Below, piece by piece: positions 47,614 to 57,061 of a stretch of 64,000 nucleotides of DNA. Position 1 is the stretch's first letter, and every line of letters starts with the position of its first letter. The stretch is from an uncultured Gammaproteobacteria bacterium. GTDB taxonomy: Bacteria > Patescibacteriota > Microgenomatia > Levybacterales > GWA1-39-11. The stretch covers positions 26,923 to 90,922 of the forward strand of contig CAZVGS010000002.1 in NCBI GenBank assembly GCA_964627245.1, read 5' to 3'. Position numbers and translations under genes: made by a program. Under the pieces are notes generated by a model. It saw only the letters and a program-made list of their open reading frames with translations. It was not told the DNA's origin and made no database searches.

Positions 47614-49176
47614 CAAAATGGGACGATGACGATACAATAAGTCACTTTCCGCTGTTATATCAATCTTTTTCTCTTGTTCGAAAATTTTAGCTGTTAAAAC
47701 TGCTTGTTTTTTAACTTTCGAACTTTTGACTTCAACTGCTAGTTCTGACAGAAGACTGAAAGGAGCTGTGAAATTAAAGACTAACTTACCTTCATCAAGT
47801 GCTAAGTTTTCAAATACTAAGGTTATTAGCTTTCTTCTTTCATCTCTATTTCCCTTCAAATATAGTTCTTGCGCTTTTTGAGACAACTCATATAAATTAG
47901 AGCCTAATTCTTGATATTTTGTGCTTGATTGTGAGTGCTGTTTAATCGATGTTACAAGTTGATTCTTTTCTTCTGAAAACTCAGTAAATAAAGTATCGTA
48001 TTTAGCTTTCGATATAACTTCATCTAGTCTGTCTTTGTATAAATTGTCCATTCTCTTTTGTATGCGCTCTAAATTTCTATTAAGCTCTGTAATCGCTGTA
48101 TTGTTGTAATTAATCTCTTCCTTGTGAGCTTCTTTTAATGATTTTCTTATCCAGTCGATTAGCCTCACATTTTTAATTTGGAGTCCATCTAGAGCATCAA
48201 CAATCTGTTCTTCAACTTCTTTTTCTTTAGCCCATGCTTGCTGTTTGCAATCTCTATAATGATTACAGTGCCCATAGACAATTCCTTTCTGAATTTCCCA
48301 AGTGATTCGACCCTCACAGCCTACACATTTGACTATTCCTTGAAATAGAAAGTGGTGTTTTCGATATTTAGGAGTAGTTTTGCTCTTAAGAACACTATTA
48401 ACCTTAGTAAAGACCTCTTCGCTGAGAAGTGCTTCATGTTGTCCCTGATGTACATTCTTGTTCCATCTGATTTTACCAATATAGAAAGGGTCTGAAAGTA
48501 GTTGATGAATTCGACTCTTAACTAACTTATTGCCCGTATATCCACGAAGTCCTTCTTGTGACATCATCTCTGTTAGCTTGCTAAGTGAAATCTCGCCTGT
48601 TGCATAGAGTTCAAACATTCGTCTTACGAGAGGAGCTTTCTTCTCGTCTATTACATGTATCTTTCTCCCTTTTTCTCCTACACTGATGTATCCAGGAGGT
48701 GCTTTTGTTGGCATCCAACCTTGAGCTATTTTCTCTTTCTGTCCTTTCTTTACATTTTCTGATAAAAGCTTAACGTAATATTCAGCTGTAGCACATTTAA
48801 CTCTCCACATAAACCATTCGTGAGACCTTGAATCCCTGTGTAAAACACAGCCTTCTTTTGCAAGTCTTATTTGATGGTTTGAATCTTCATGAATCCATTT
48901 ATCAATAATTGGCACGTCAACAAAATTTCTTGTCAATCTATCAGTAGTCTCGACAATAACTCCAAAAATGTCTTTCTTCTTGATGTATGTAATCATTTCA
49001 TTGAATACTTTTCTTTGCATAACTCCAGAAGCTGATTCTGAAACAGCAAAGACCTTAACAACTTCAAGACCTTCTTTTTCAGCGTATTCTCGAAGATACT
49101 TCTCTTGTGCAGGAAGAGAGTAACCTGCTTCTTCCTGTTCTTTACTTGATACTCTACAAAAGATAACTGTTCTCAT
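47602..49176 (-). CDS. large serine recombinase whose stop codon lies inside the tRNA-Asn T arm
   Basis: FCRVSS, DRLTRN, Zn ribbon CVGC...YGHC, coiled coil; ends ILLRD-TAG antisense to the tRNA. TTGACA-17-AATGAT upstream. Confidence 0.93.
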   Translation of the reverse strand: MRTVIFCRVSSKEQEEAGYSLPAQEKYLREYAEKEGLEVVKVFAVSESASGVMQRKVFNEMITYIKKKDIFGVIVETTDRLTRNFVDVPIIDKWIHEDSNHQIRLAKEGCVLHRDSRSHEWFMWRVKCATAEYYVKLLSENVKKGQKEKIAQGWMPTKAPPGYISVGEKGRKIHVIDEKKAPLVRRMFELYATGEISLSKLTEMMSQEGLRGYTGNKLVKSRIHQLLSDPFYIGKIRWNKNVHQGQHEALLSEEVFTKVNSVLKSKTTPKYRKHHFLFQGIVKCVGCEGRITWEIQKGIVYGHCNHYRDCKQQAWAKEKEVEEQIVDALDGLQIKNVRLIDWIRKSLKEAHKEEINYNNTAITELNRNLERIQKRMDNLYKDRLDEVISKAKYDTLFTEFSEEKNQLVTSIKQHSQSSTKYQELGSNLYELSQKAQELYLKGNRDERRKLITLVFENLALDEGKLVFNFTAPFSLLSELAVEVKSSKVKKQAVLTAKIFEQEKKIDITAESDLLYRHRPILLRD

Positions 49177-49369
49177 ATACACATATCATTAAGGAGCCTA
49201 GAGTAAATGTCAACCCTCCTCATTGTTTATATTCTTAAACTTTCTTTCAATCATCTTAACCTTACTAAATCATTACTAAACTGTACTTATACTAAGACTG
49301 TACTTAAACCTAACTTCACATTACCTTACTAGAAGATTACTATGTAATATTACTAGTACTATATAGTAA

Positions 49370-49660
49370 CTATATATTTGTGAATTCCTTAGCTTTTTCA
49401 ATTATTTTCTTCTCTAGTTTTTCCCATAACGCAGAATCCTTAATTCTTGCAACCCAAAAATATGCTTTGTTTCTTCCTTTAACAGATGGCGGAGACACAA
49501 ACCATACAGGCGATACAGGTGAATATTTCGTTGTTCCATATCTAACTACAAATCCGCGTATTTCAACTACTTCTTTAATTAATATGTTTGCTATTACAAC
49601 ATTATCCTTTTTGTCTCTAGATTTTATCTCGACTTCTATTTCATCAATTGTTATTTTCAT
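49370..49660 (-). CDS. SpoVG-like protein
   Basis: IANILIKEVVEIRGFVV...WFVSPPS matches the SpoVG beta pattern; AGGAGG SD. Confidence 0.6.
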   Translation of the reverse strand: MKITIDEIEVEIKSRDKKDNVVIANILIKEVVEIRGFVVRYGTTKYSPVSPVWFVSPPSVKGRNKAYFWVARIKDSALWEKLEKKIIEKAKEFTNI

Positions 49661-49805
49661 TTAACCTCCTTTCTTCAATTTTTCTTAGACTTTCAAAAAA
49701 GGTTACGAGTGAATTGCCAGCTATTTCTGCTTCTTCTTCAGAAAGGTGCGCACCATATTCTTCTAGAAAGATGGTTTTTAGCTCTTGGATAGCCTCATTA
49801 CTCAT
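49644..49805 (-). CDS. small hypothetical protein (53 aa, not in ORF track)
   Basis: MSNEAIQELKTIFLEEYGAHLSEEEA...; overlaps both neighbours, with a GGAGG SD. Confidence 0.7.
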   Translation of the reverse strand: MSNEAIQELKTIFLEEYGAHLSEEEAEIAGNSLVTFFESLRKIEERRLNENNN

Positions 49806-50082
49806 CTTTTTGCCCTCCCTTGTTTGAACCTGTATCAGATTGCGAAAATAAGCGGGTTTTTAGCCATCTTTGTGCATTAAGTAGTATTATGGGCTCAATT
49901 AGCTCTTGCCTCGCCCAAAACGCATTTACCAAGCGCTCAGCCTCATTTGTGTGTTCGAAGATAAAGATTTTTCTATTTGAGTTTATAGAGTCTTTGATTT
50001 CAAGAAGGTGAACGTCTTTTGCCAGAAGGAAAGATGCGAGATAAAAATCAGCAGTCTCTATAGTTTTACGATTCATATTCAT
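49798..50082 (-). CDS. DUF5659-like protein
   Basis: TADFYLASFL...RKIFIF pattern. A 9-bp inverted repeat TTCATACGA-N5-TCGTATGAA (50078-50100) overlaps its start. Confidence 0.6.
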   Translation of the reverse strand: MNMNRKTIETADFYLASFLLAKDVHLLEIKDSINSNRKIFIFEHTNEAERLVNAFWARQELIEPIILLNAQRWLKTRLFSQSDTGSNKGGQKDE

Positions 50083-50145
50083 ACGATTTATTCGTATGAA
50101 GTATCTCAAAAGAGGGTGCTCGTGAAAGTTGTCAGTTGTAAATCT

Positions 50146-50877
50146 CTAACTGGCAATTTCGTTGAGAAGTTTTAAATACTGAGGCAATTCTCGCATCGTA
50201 GGGATATCATACCTCTCACAAACTCGATAATACGCTTCTTTATGTTGTTTTTTGAGTTCATTCAGCTTCTTATCATCTTCTAAATTCTTTTTTACTAGTA
50301 TTTCCTCGAGCGCTCTATCAACCATTGATGCTCCATCCTCTTCTGCATATAGTATGTCGTTGGGCTTGCCTTTCTTCCAATATTTAAGAAGCTTTTTTTC
50401 TATTTCGAAGTAAAGATTGAGCCCTAGCTTAATATCATCACTCCCTAGCTGGTATCTTTCTTTCTTCTTTTTGAAATCTTTTGGATTAGCATTTTTGAAT
50501 AGCTTCATTTTCTCTACTAAAAGTGACGCTTCATCATACAGCTCTAACCATTGTTCTCTTGTAATAAATGGGTTGTATCGGACATAAACGCCTTCCTCCT
50601 CAACTTTTACAGGGTGGCCACTGACAACAACCTTATCGTTTTTATACTTATATAACTTTTTCCCTCCTAGATATGCTAACTGGTAGAAAAGGCTAGTAAT
50701 GAGCTGTAATTTTTCAAGCTTCTCAATGTCTTTTGCTGTCTGTTTTTTAAGTTTTAGTTTATTGGTTTTCTTTTTTAACTCTCCCCAAAGTACTTTTATT
50801 ACGAAATTGTTTCCAAGCATGTCTTGTTTAATTTCCTTGAAAAGAGCTTTATTTTCGTCTTCATTTTTCATTTTCAT
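50146..50877 (-). CDS. hypothetical protein, putative island regulator
   Basis: About 243 aa, basic, helical C-terminus (HKEAYYRVCERY); heads the island core genes. Confidence 0.6.
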   Translation of the reverse strand: MKMKNEDENKALFKEIKQDMLGNNFVIKVLWGELKKKTNKLKLKKQTAKDIEKLEKLQLITSLFYQLAYLGGKKLYKYKNDKVVVSGHPVKVEEEGVYVRYNPFITREQWLELYDEASLLVEKMKLFKNANPKDFKKKKERYQLGSDDIKLGLNLYFEIEKKLLKYWKKGKPNDILYAEEDGASMVDRALEEILVKKNLEDDKKLNELKKQHKEAYYRVCERYDIPTMRELPQYLKLLNEIAS

Positions 50878-50938
50878 AATTGTGTGTAATTTTATCATGA
50901 CTGCTGTATCTTGTGATAGAATAGCCCTGCAAATCAAT

Positions 50939-52264
50939 ATGTATCACACACAACAAAATAAACTTACCATTTTAATAGACCCACTATATATTCACACAGA
51001 AGCATCGCAACAGCTAATCCACAACCAGGTAGCTATTCATACCGTCTTACACTACTTGAAGGGCATTGTTAACAACAAAGTATCAGTGGAGGTAGTTTTC
51101 CCTAAATTCCTTTGGAGTGGCGATTGGAAAGAAAGATATCAAGCATATGTTCCAGCTGATAATCCATTCTACGGAGATGAATTCTTTAAAGTACTTGAAA
51201 ATAAAGAACCTCTACCAGAGTGGGCAAAACAACGGGTGGAACAAACTAAAAGCTATCTTGAAACGAAAAAAGAACCCTACCTTAAGTTTGAAAAATTTCA
51301 ATCTACACCTGAAGGACTAAAGAAACTTTTAGATAGCATGAAAGATGGAACTCTCTTTATGTATCGAGATGCTGATTACCTTTACCATAAGGGGTTTATG
51401 GAACTTATTGATATATATTTTGCTTATGAATGCGACTTACTGCTAACCGCCAATAGAGTGTTGCATGCGGAGAAAAAGAAGCTAAACAGCGACTACCGAT
51501 TATTTCCCGTAAATTACCCAGAGATTTTTGAAGAAATCGAAACTTTTTTAAAGGGTCATCATATCTACATATCTCATGCAAACCCAATATACGGACTCCA
51601 AATGGCAGTTTTCTATCCTATGACTGATACAAAACTAATGGAATATCAAATTTCTATGAATAAAATTCTAGGACTTAAGAAAGATGCACAAGTATACCAG
51701 TATTTTAGAAGCATGTTTTATCACCGCTATTCATTTATTAGGTATGCGATTGACCAGATAAAATTTAACATGTTTCAAGCTGAAAGGCTCGAGGACAATG
51801 GGCTTAGGGCAAGCCATTATTTCCTTGCAAGCTATCACTTGAATAGTTTCTATCTTAATCTATGGGGTTTTATAGATAATCTTGCTTGGGTAATAAATCA
51901 TCTCTACGACTTAGGATTTAATATAGAAAAAACAGCAACAAAAGTAAGTTTTATTAGCAAAGACTATTTAAAGAAATTGAAAGAAAAAAAGCTAGATATT
52001 TATAACTTACTGAAAGAAAAAGAGAACAAAGATTGGCTTGCAAATCTTGCAGACAAACGGCATCCTGCGGCTCATAGAGAACCTTTGTTTATGTCTCCTG
52101 TGTATGACAAGAATGATATGAGCCTAATTGCAGAAGGCTTGATTGTAGTGAATACAAAAAAAGGACAAGAAATGTTTAAGGCAATCAATCACATGAATTA
52201 TGATTTTGAACAACTATTAAAATTTACTGATAATATATTAAAACTTCTTGAATCTAAAGCTTAG
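50939..52264 (+). CDS. putative PIN-like plus HEPN (Cthe_2314-like) protein
   Basis: N-terminal TILID...DLLLTAN; C-terminal NSFY...IDNLAW...RHPAAHR (Rx4H). ATG at 50939 avoids overlap with the divergent gene. Confidence 0.6.
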   Translation: MYHTQQNKLTILIDPLYIHTEASQQLIHNQVAIHTVLHYLKGIVNNKVSVEVVFPKFLWSGDWKERYQAYVPADNPFYGDEFFKVLENKEPLPEWAKQRVEQTKSYLETKKEPYLKFEKFQSTPEGLKKLLDSMKDGTLFMYRDADYLYHKGFMELIDIYFAYECDLLLTANRVLHAEKKKLNSDYRLFPVNYPEIFEEIETFLKGHHIYISHANPIYGLQMAVFYPMTDTKLMEYQISMNKILGLKKDAQVYQYFRSMFYHRYSFIRYAIDQIKFNMFQAERLEDNGLRASHYFLASYHLNSFYLNLWGFIDNLAWVINHLYDLGFNIEKTATKVSFISKDYLKKLKEKKLDIYNLLKEKENKDWLANLADKRHPAAHREPLFMSPVYDKNDMSLIAEGLIVVNTKKGQEMFKAINHMNYDFEQLLKFTDNILKLLESKA

Positions 52265-52304
52265 ATTTAATCTCCCAATTTCCATGAATGAAATAAAGGG
52301 ATTT

Positions 52305-53438
52305 TTATCCAGCTTGATAGAGGGCTTGAATGTTCTTCTTATTCTTGAATAAATCAGGTTGTTTTTTATTTAACCTTTTCAATGAAGTTTTAATCGCAAA
52401 TTCTGAATTATCAATACCTATCCAGTGTCGTTGAAGTGAATCTGCCGCAACAAGTGTGCCACCTGACCCACTGAAGCAATCAAAAACAATATCTCCTTCG
52501 TTAGAAGAGGTTGATATTATCGTTTTTAGTAATTCAAGATTTTTTTCTGTAGGGTAGACTGGTCTAGTTGGGTCCTTAAATTCCCAAATGTCTTGCAACT
52601 TCTTAAATGGCATTTCGTCAGCGTAAACTTTCTTTCTTGGATTACCTGTGCTTGACCACTCGATTAAACCCTTTGCCTCCAACTCATCTAATACCGTTGG
52701 GTCATATCTCCAATGTCTTCCTTTGGGAGGAAGCATTCCTTTCCATGGCTTACCAGTATTTCCATTGCTTGTTTCACCTGGAGCATGAAGCGGATTGGTA
52801 GTATAGTAGCGTCCATTTACATCTATTTTGTTAAATAACCTACTTATCTCGCCTTCTGACCTTTTATGTTTAGGCTCATTCCAAATATATTTGTCAGTTT
52901 TAGTATAAAAAAGTATTAGGTCTTTAATGTTTCCGTAAGCTTTTCTACTAAAATTTTTAGGATTACACTTTATTCTTGTTATGTCATTTCTAAAATTTTT
53001 TTGTCCAAAGACTTCATCCATTATGACTTTTATATAGTGCCCAATTTTATAATCAATATGCAGATAAATAGAGGCTTCATCTGACATTAATTCACGGATA
53101 AAAATGAGTCTTTCACGGATAAATTCCAGAAAGTCTGCCCCAACTAGAGTATCGCTATAAGCAATGCTGTCCTTAAGACTACTGCTTACATGCGATGTTC
53201 TTTCCTCGCTACCTCTAAAAACAGTGTTTGTTGAAAATGGAGGGTCAATATAGACCAAACTGATTTTGCTCTTCAAATTAAAGTCATTAAGAAGTGTTTT
53301 CATTACTCCTAAATTATCTCCTTTAATCAACATGTCTTTTCCATCTTTATAGGAAATGTTCTCGGCATCTAGCTTTACCTGCTTAGTGTTTGAAAGTATA
53401 GATTGTTTAGTTTTCTTACCTTTATAAGTTAATTCCAT
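52305..53438 (-). CDS. type II beta-class DNA methyltransferase
   Basis: YIDPPF, YPTEK, DCFSGSG; directly downstream of the endonuclease. Confidence 0.92.
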   Translation of the reverse strand: MELTYKGKKTKQSILSNTKQVKLDAENISYKDGKDMLIKGDNLGVMKTLLNDFNLKSKISLVYIDPPFSTNTVFRGSEERTSHVSSSLKDSIAYSDTLVGADFLEFIRERLIFIRELMSDEASIYLHIDYKIGHYIKVIMDEVFGQKNFRNDITRIKCNPKNFSRKAYGNIKDLILFYTKTDKYIWNEPKHKRSEGEISRLFNKIDVNGRYYTTNPLHAPGETSNGNTGKPWKGMLPPKGRHWRYDPTVLDELEAKGLIEWSSTGNPRKKVYADEMPFKKLQDIWEFKDPTRPVYPTEKNLELLKTIISTSSNEGDIVFDCFSGSGGTLVAADSLQRHWIGIDNSEFAIKTSLKRLNKKQPDLFKNKKNIQALYQAG

Positions 53439-53445
53439 AGTTTTC

Positions 53446-54228
53446 TTATAATGAGTGCAAAAAATCTCTCAGAAGCAAACTGCTCAAAATGTTGTATTCT
53501 TCCTCATGCGAAGTCAAAAAACGATGAAAATTACTTCTTCCTCTCAAATAAAGTACACCATCATATATTGCTACTTTGACCGCATTAACGTTATTATTTT
53601 TCAATAAAGTTAATCCATCAGCGAACTGCCTATCTTGATGTCCTCCAAAATCAGTTAAGAATTTGGCTTCACCAATTACATATTTACCATGCATACGAGC
53701 TATAAAATCCAACCCTTTTTGCTCTTCATAGCCTAAATTATTTTTGGCAAACTGTTTAAGCTGAGCATCGCCTCCATCTAAAATCGCATCTCTTTCTGTT
53801 GCTATAAACTCAAGTTCTGGTAATACCTCTAATCCTAAAGTTTTTTGATTAAGCCACCTTCTAAAAAGAGGACCTATTTGCCTATTCGTTTCCTTTGGCT
53901 CTGAAGTGCGAGCATATATTTTCTCCAGTCCCATTTCATATAATCTGCCACAAATTCGCTTAACTGTTTCTGGATTTCTGTCTATTGCAGATTTATCTCT
54001 TCTCAAGAAAGGAATATATGAGTCCTTAATCGGAAACAATTCTAAACTAAGCAAACTCTTCATAAGCTCTGAATCGTCTCTACTCTTAAATGCTACCTCT
54101 ACATTGCCCCAAGCGGTTTCATTTACTTCTCTTATCGTATCGGGTGCCAATGGATAAACAGTAAAAAGCTCATCAAGATAATTTTTTTGATTTGCAAATT
54201 GGATACTTAAGTCTGTCCAATAATTCAT
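53446..54228 (-). CDS. type II restriction endonuclease (Tsp45I-like by recollection)
   Basis: LDF...GEAKF PD-(D/E)xK core, GGHQ; between a controller HTH and the methyltransferase. Confidence 0.8.
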   Translation of the reverse strand: MNYWTDLSIQFANQKNYLDELFTVYPLAPDTIREVNETAWGNVEVAFKSRDDSELMKSLLSLELFPIKDSYIPFLRRDKSAIDRNPETVKRICGRLYEMGLEKIYARTSEPKETNRQIGPLFRRWLNQKTLGLEVLPELEFIATERDAILDGGDAQLKQFAKNNLGYEEQKGLDFIARMHGKYVIGEAKFLTDFGGHQDRQFADGLTLLKNNNVNAVKVAIYDGVLYLRGRSNFHRFLTSHEEEYNILSSLLLRDFLHSL

Positions 54229-54388
54229 TTTAGTTATTAGTAAGCTATCTAAATCCTATTTTTCATTCTGTATTGTTTCTTTGCTGTCATAACTTATTTA
54301 ACATTATTTAACATTCTAATATTGTAGTCAACTGACTGAAGTTTGATTAGTATAGCAGAGTAGGCCAGAAAGAAGTCGATAGAAAATG

Positions 54389-54595
54389 TTATTTTAATAA
54401 ATCTGAAACTGGAATTTTTAAAGCTAGAGCAATAAGATTTATTGTTCTTAAAGTAGTATTCCTTTTGCCCGCTTCTATAGCAATTATTGTCCTAGGGTCG
54501 CATTTTGTCATTTCTGCAAGTTCTTCTTGAGTAAGTTTTCTTTGTCTTCGAAACCTTTTTACATTCTCTCCAAACTTTTGATAAATAGAAGCCAT
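54389..54595 (-). CDS. XRE-family HTH, R-M controller (C) protein
   Basis: FGENVKRFR...LTQEELA...IEAGKRN, upstream of R and M. Confidence 0.85.
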   Translation of the reverse strand: MASIYQKFGENVKRFRRQRKLTQEELAEMTKCDPRTIIAIEAGKRNTTLRTINLIALALKIPVSDLLK

Positions 54596-54613
54596 AGTAT
54601 ACCCTTGCTAATC

Positions 54614-54655
54614 TGACATATATGTCATATAAATAACAGGAAATATATTTCATAT
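54614..54655. promoter_or_regulatory. paired palindromic operators (C-box-like)
   Basis: TGACATATATGTCA (54614-54627) and GAAATATATTTC (54640-54651), 25 bp apart, just upstream of the C gene. Confidence 0.65.
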
Positions 54656-54681
54656 TTAGCCTGAAAGTTGAGCTTGAAAGC

Positions 54682-54912
54682 ATGATGAAGTTTTTGATTT
54701 ATTTATTCTTTTGGCCAATAATATTATTGTGGAAATCTCTTATGTGGGGTCTGGGAATAAAACGTACAACGAAATGCTTGAGATGTGGAAGTAAAAAGCT
54801 CAATAAGGATAAACCTAATTGGATACAGCATGCGAGTAGCGTATTGATTGGCTACAGGTCTAGACCTCTTAATGTTTGCAGAGATTGTGGATTTTCTTGG
54901 GAGGATAGATAA
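54682..54912 (+). CDS. small membrane-anchored zinc-ribbon protein
   Basis: Hydrophobic N-terminus, CLRCGS and CRDCGFSW. Confidence 0.65.
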   Translation: MMKFLIYLFFWPIILLWKSLMWGLGIKRTTKCLRCGSKKLNKDKPNWIQHASSVLIGYRSRPLNVCRDCGFSWEDR

Positions 54913-55289
54913 ATACAAATATAAGTAACTATGCTTCACGACTTTTGTATTTTTATTCCGTAGGGCGAAGCGAGGAACGTTGTATCCAAAAGAGTTCAAA
55001 AATAGATTTTTCAACCTGGGGGTATTAAGTACGAGGAGTTTTAGAACTTAATGTACGCACAATGAAGAAGATAGTTGTTTCACTCTTAAACACATTCAGC
55101 TAAAGTCTTAAAACATCTTATAAACTCTATTCTTAGTATATATTTTATATACAGAAATAATTGATATACTTTTTCATGAGATTTAGTGATGCATTGCATC
55201 ATGAAGTGAGGATTTCACTTGATATCTTGTACATTAGTTCTGGAGACTGTACTTGATTTACCCACTGCATAGTTCGAAAATCGTCTAGC

Positions 55290-56609
55290 TTAGTGAGCAT
55301 TGACGTGCTGTGTTTTTTCCCAATGAGATTGACCTATGAGTAAACGCGTTAATGCTCTGAGGGAGCTAAAACCAATAAGCAATTGAAAGGGGTAAAAAGT
55401 ATATAAGATTTTCAGTGGCGACCACAAAGGATACTTCAGCTTGTAACTTTTCGTAAATTCGTAGAGCCCTACATTGTAGATGATTAACTGGAGAGTCATC
55501 AAAAGTAGTGGGAGAAATGCAAAAAGAGCTATGCCTACTGGTAACTTTAGGGTAAGCACAGTAATAATTGACAAAGGAATAAGCAAAAATAGCAACGCTT
55601 GGAGTTCAGGAAGTACCAAAATGTAGAATGCAAGAAGTTTCTGTGTAAGGCGTGGAAGTTTGAGCCAATCTCCCTTCGAAAGTACCTGCATAAAACCTTG
55701 ATTCCATCTTGTCCGTTGGCGAATGAAGCTCTTTACATCTGTTGGTGTTTCCTCTTGGGTGACATGTTGCTCGCTATATACAACTCTGACTTTTGCTCCA
55801 AGTGCACTAAGTCGAATACCAATATCTGCATCTTCCGTTAAGCAATTTTCATCCCAGCCTCCAGCCTGTTCAAGACGAGTTTTTTTGAAAAATACAGTGT
55901 TACCACCAAGTGGAATAATTCCTATTTTTGCAAAGAAATGAAGCGTAGATTTAAACCAAAAGAAATACTCCAATACATTCAAAGATGAGAACCAAGAAGA
56001 GCGAAAATTCATTAATTGTACTCCTGCTTGCACAACGTCTGCTTTTTCTCGTTCCAAGATTGTGTTGACAATATTATAGATATCTTTATGTGGTTGGTCT
56101 TCAGCATCGAAGATAACAACAATGTCTTTTGTTGCGTGTTTTAGTCCAATATTGAGACTATGTGGTTTGTTAATCGGAGTGTCATCAAATACGACAAGAC
56201 GTATGTTCTTTTTCCCGAGCAATTCAATAATCTCTTTGGCTTTCGAAATAGTAAGCACGTCATCATACCTACACACAATAATTATCTCTTTAAGTTCTTC
56301 AGGATAATTGATATTTGATACTGCCTTTATTGTATCCCCAACAACTTTTTCTTCGTGTCTTGCAGGGATAATTGCACTAAACGATTGTTTTGGTACTGCA
56401 TAATTTTTTGGGGGCGCATCTTTCTCCATTCGTTCCGCATCTTCCCATGCATACAACATCCAATAAATACTAAAAATACTTTGAAATGATAATAGTGTAG
56501 AAAGAAAAGCAACAGCAAATATAATTAATGTTTGCCCTGTAAAGACTCCAGCACTGAGCAAAGTATAAATTGCGATACCAACTCCTCCAAGCAAAAGGCC
56601 GAGGAAAAA
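55290..56609 (-). CDS. GT2 processive glycosyltransferase, possibly 5'-truncated
   Basis: FDAED, TED, QRTRW motifs and TM helices. The frame opens at 56609 after an in-frame TAG; only a TTG start (56594) is available. Confidence 0.8.
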   Translation of the reverse strand, partial: FFLGLLLGGVGIAIYTLLSAGVFTGQTLIIFAVAFLSTLLSFQSIFSIYWMLYAWEDAERMEKDAPPKNYAVPKQSFSAIIPARHEEKVVGDTIKAVSNINYPEELKEIIIVCRYDDVLTISKAKEIIELLGKKNIRLVVFDDTPINKPHSLNIGLKHATKDIVVIFDAEDQPHKDIYNIVNTILEREKADVVQAGVQLMNFRSSWFSSLNVLEYFFWFKSTLHFFAKIGIIPLGGNTVFFKKTRLEQAGGWDENCLTEDADIGIRLSALGAKVRVVYSEQHVTQEETPTDVKSFIRQRTRWNQGFMQVLSKGDWLKLPRLTQKLLAFYILVLPELQALLFLLIPLSIITVLTLKLPVGIALFAFLPLLLMTLQLIIYNVGLYEFTKSYKLKYPLWSPLKILYTFYPFQLLIGFSSLRALTRLLIGQSHWEKTQHVNAH

Positions 56610-56897
56610 CTATCCAATTATGGTATTCCCCAAGATACTATTTATACGTTCACGCTAACGGACAAGGCAGGTAATCCTGTTTATGGAAGCAATGAACCAG
56701 GCACTTCTGAATCGGCAACAGGAGCAAATGATTCCAGTAACTCTATTGCTAACGCAGTGGGAGATAAAGTAGACAATAACAGAACAATAGACGGACTTAT
56801 TGGCTTTATCGAGAAGGCGGTCATTGGTGGGATACTAGTTGTCGTGGTAATTGTTGCCGCTATTCTATTCTTCAGGAAGAAAAAGACTACCAAATAA
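56610..56897 (+). pseudogene. 3' fragment of a C-terminally anchored surface protein
   Basis: S/T/N-rich linker, TM helix and RKKK tail, with no credible start codon. Confidence 0.55.
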
Positions 56898-57061
56898 ACT
56901 CAGTAATTGCCGTTTGCACCTTTTCAATACCCTAACGAGTGAGTCGGATTCCCCACCACACGGACGGCGCGTGGTGATCATTAAGGCCTGCTGAAGAAAT
57001 GAACATTAGTTGCCCTGAGGTGGATAATCAAAAGTTGGCGTGTGAAGTCAGAACAGAGAGA

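Noticed and set aside
50699-50938. N-terminal 80 codons of the 521-aa ORF
   Set aside because: Overlaps the divergent gene and reads like antisense; ATG 50939 is preferred.
56925-57045. Possible integron attC site or hammerhead ribozyme (CCCTAAC...GTTGGCG; CTGAAGA; hairpin CACCAC/GTGGTG)
   Set aside because: No attC-type internal symmetry, no integron integrase, and no GAAA after the putative stem II.
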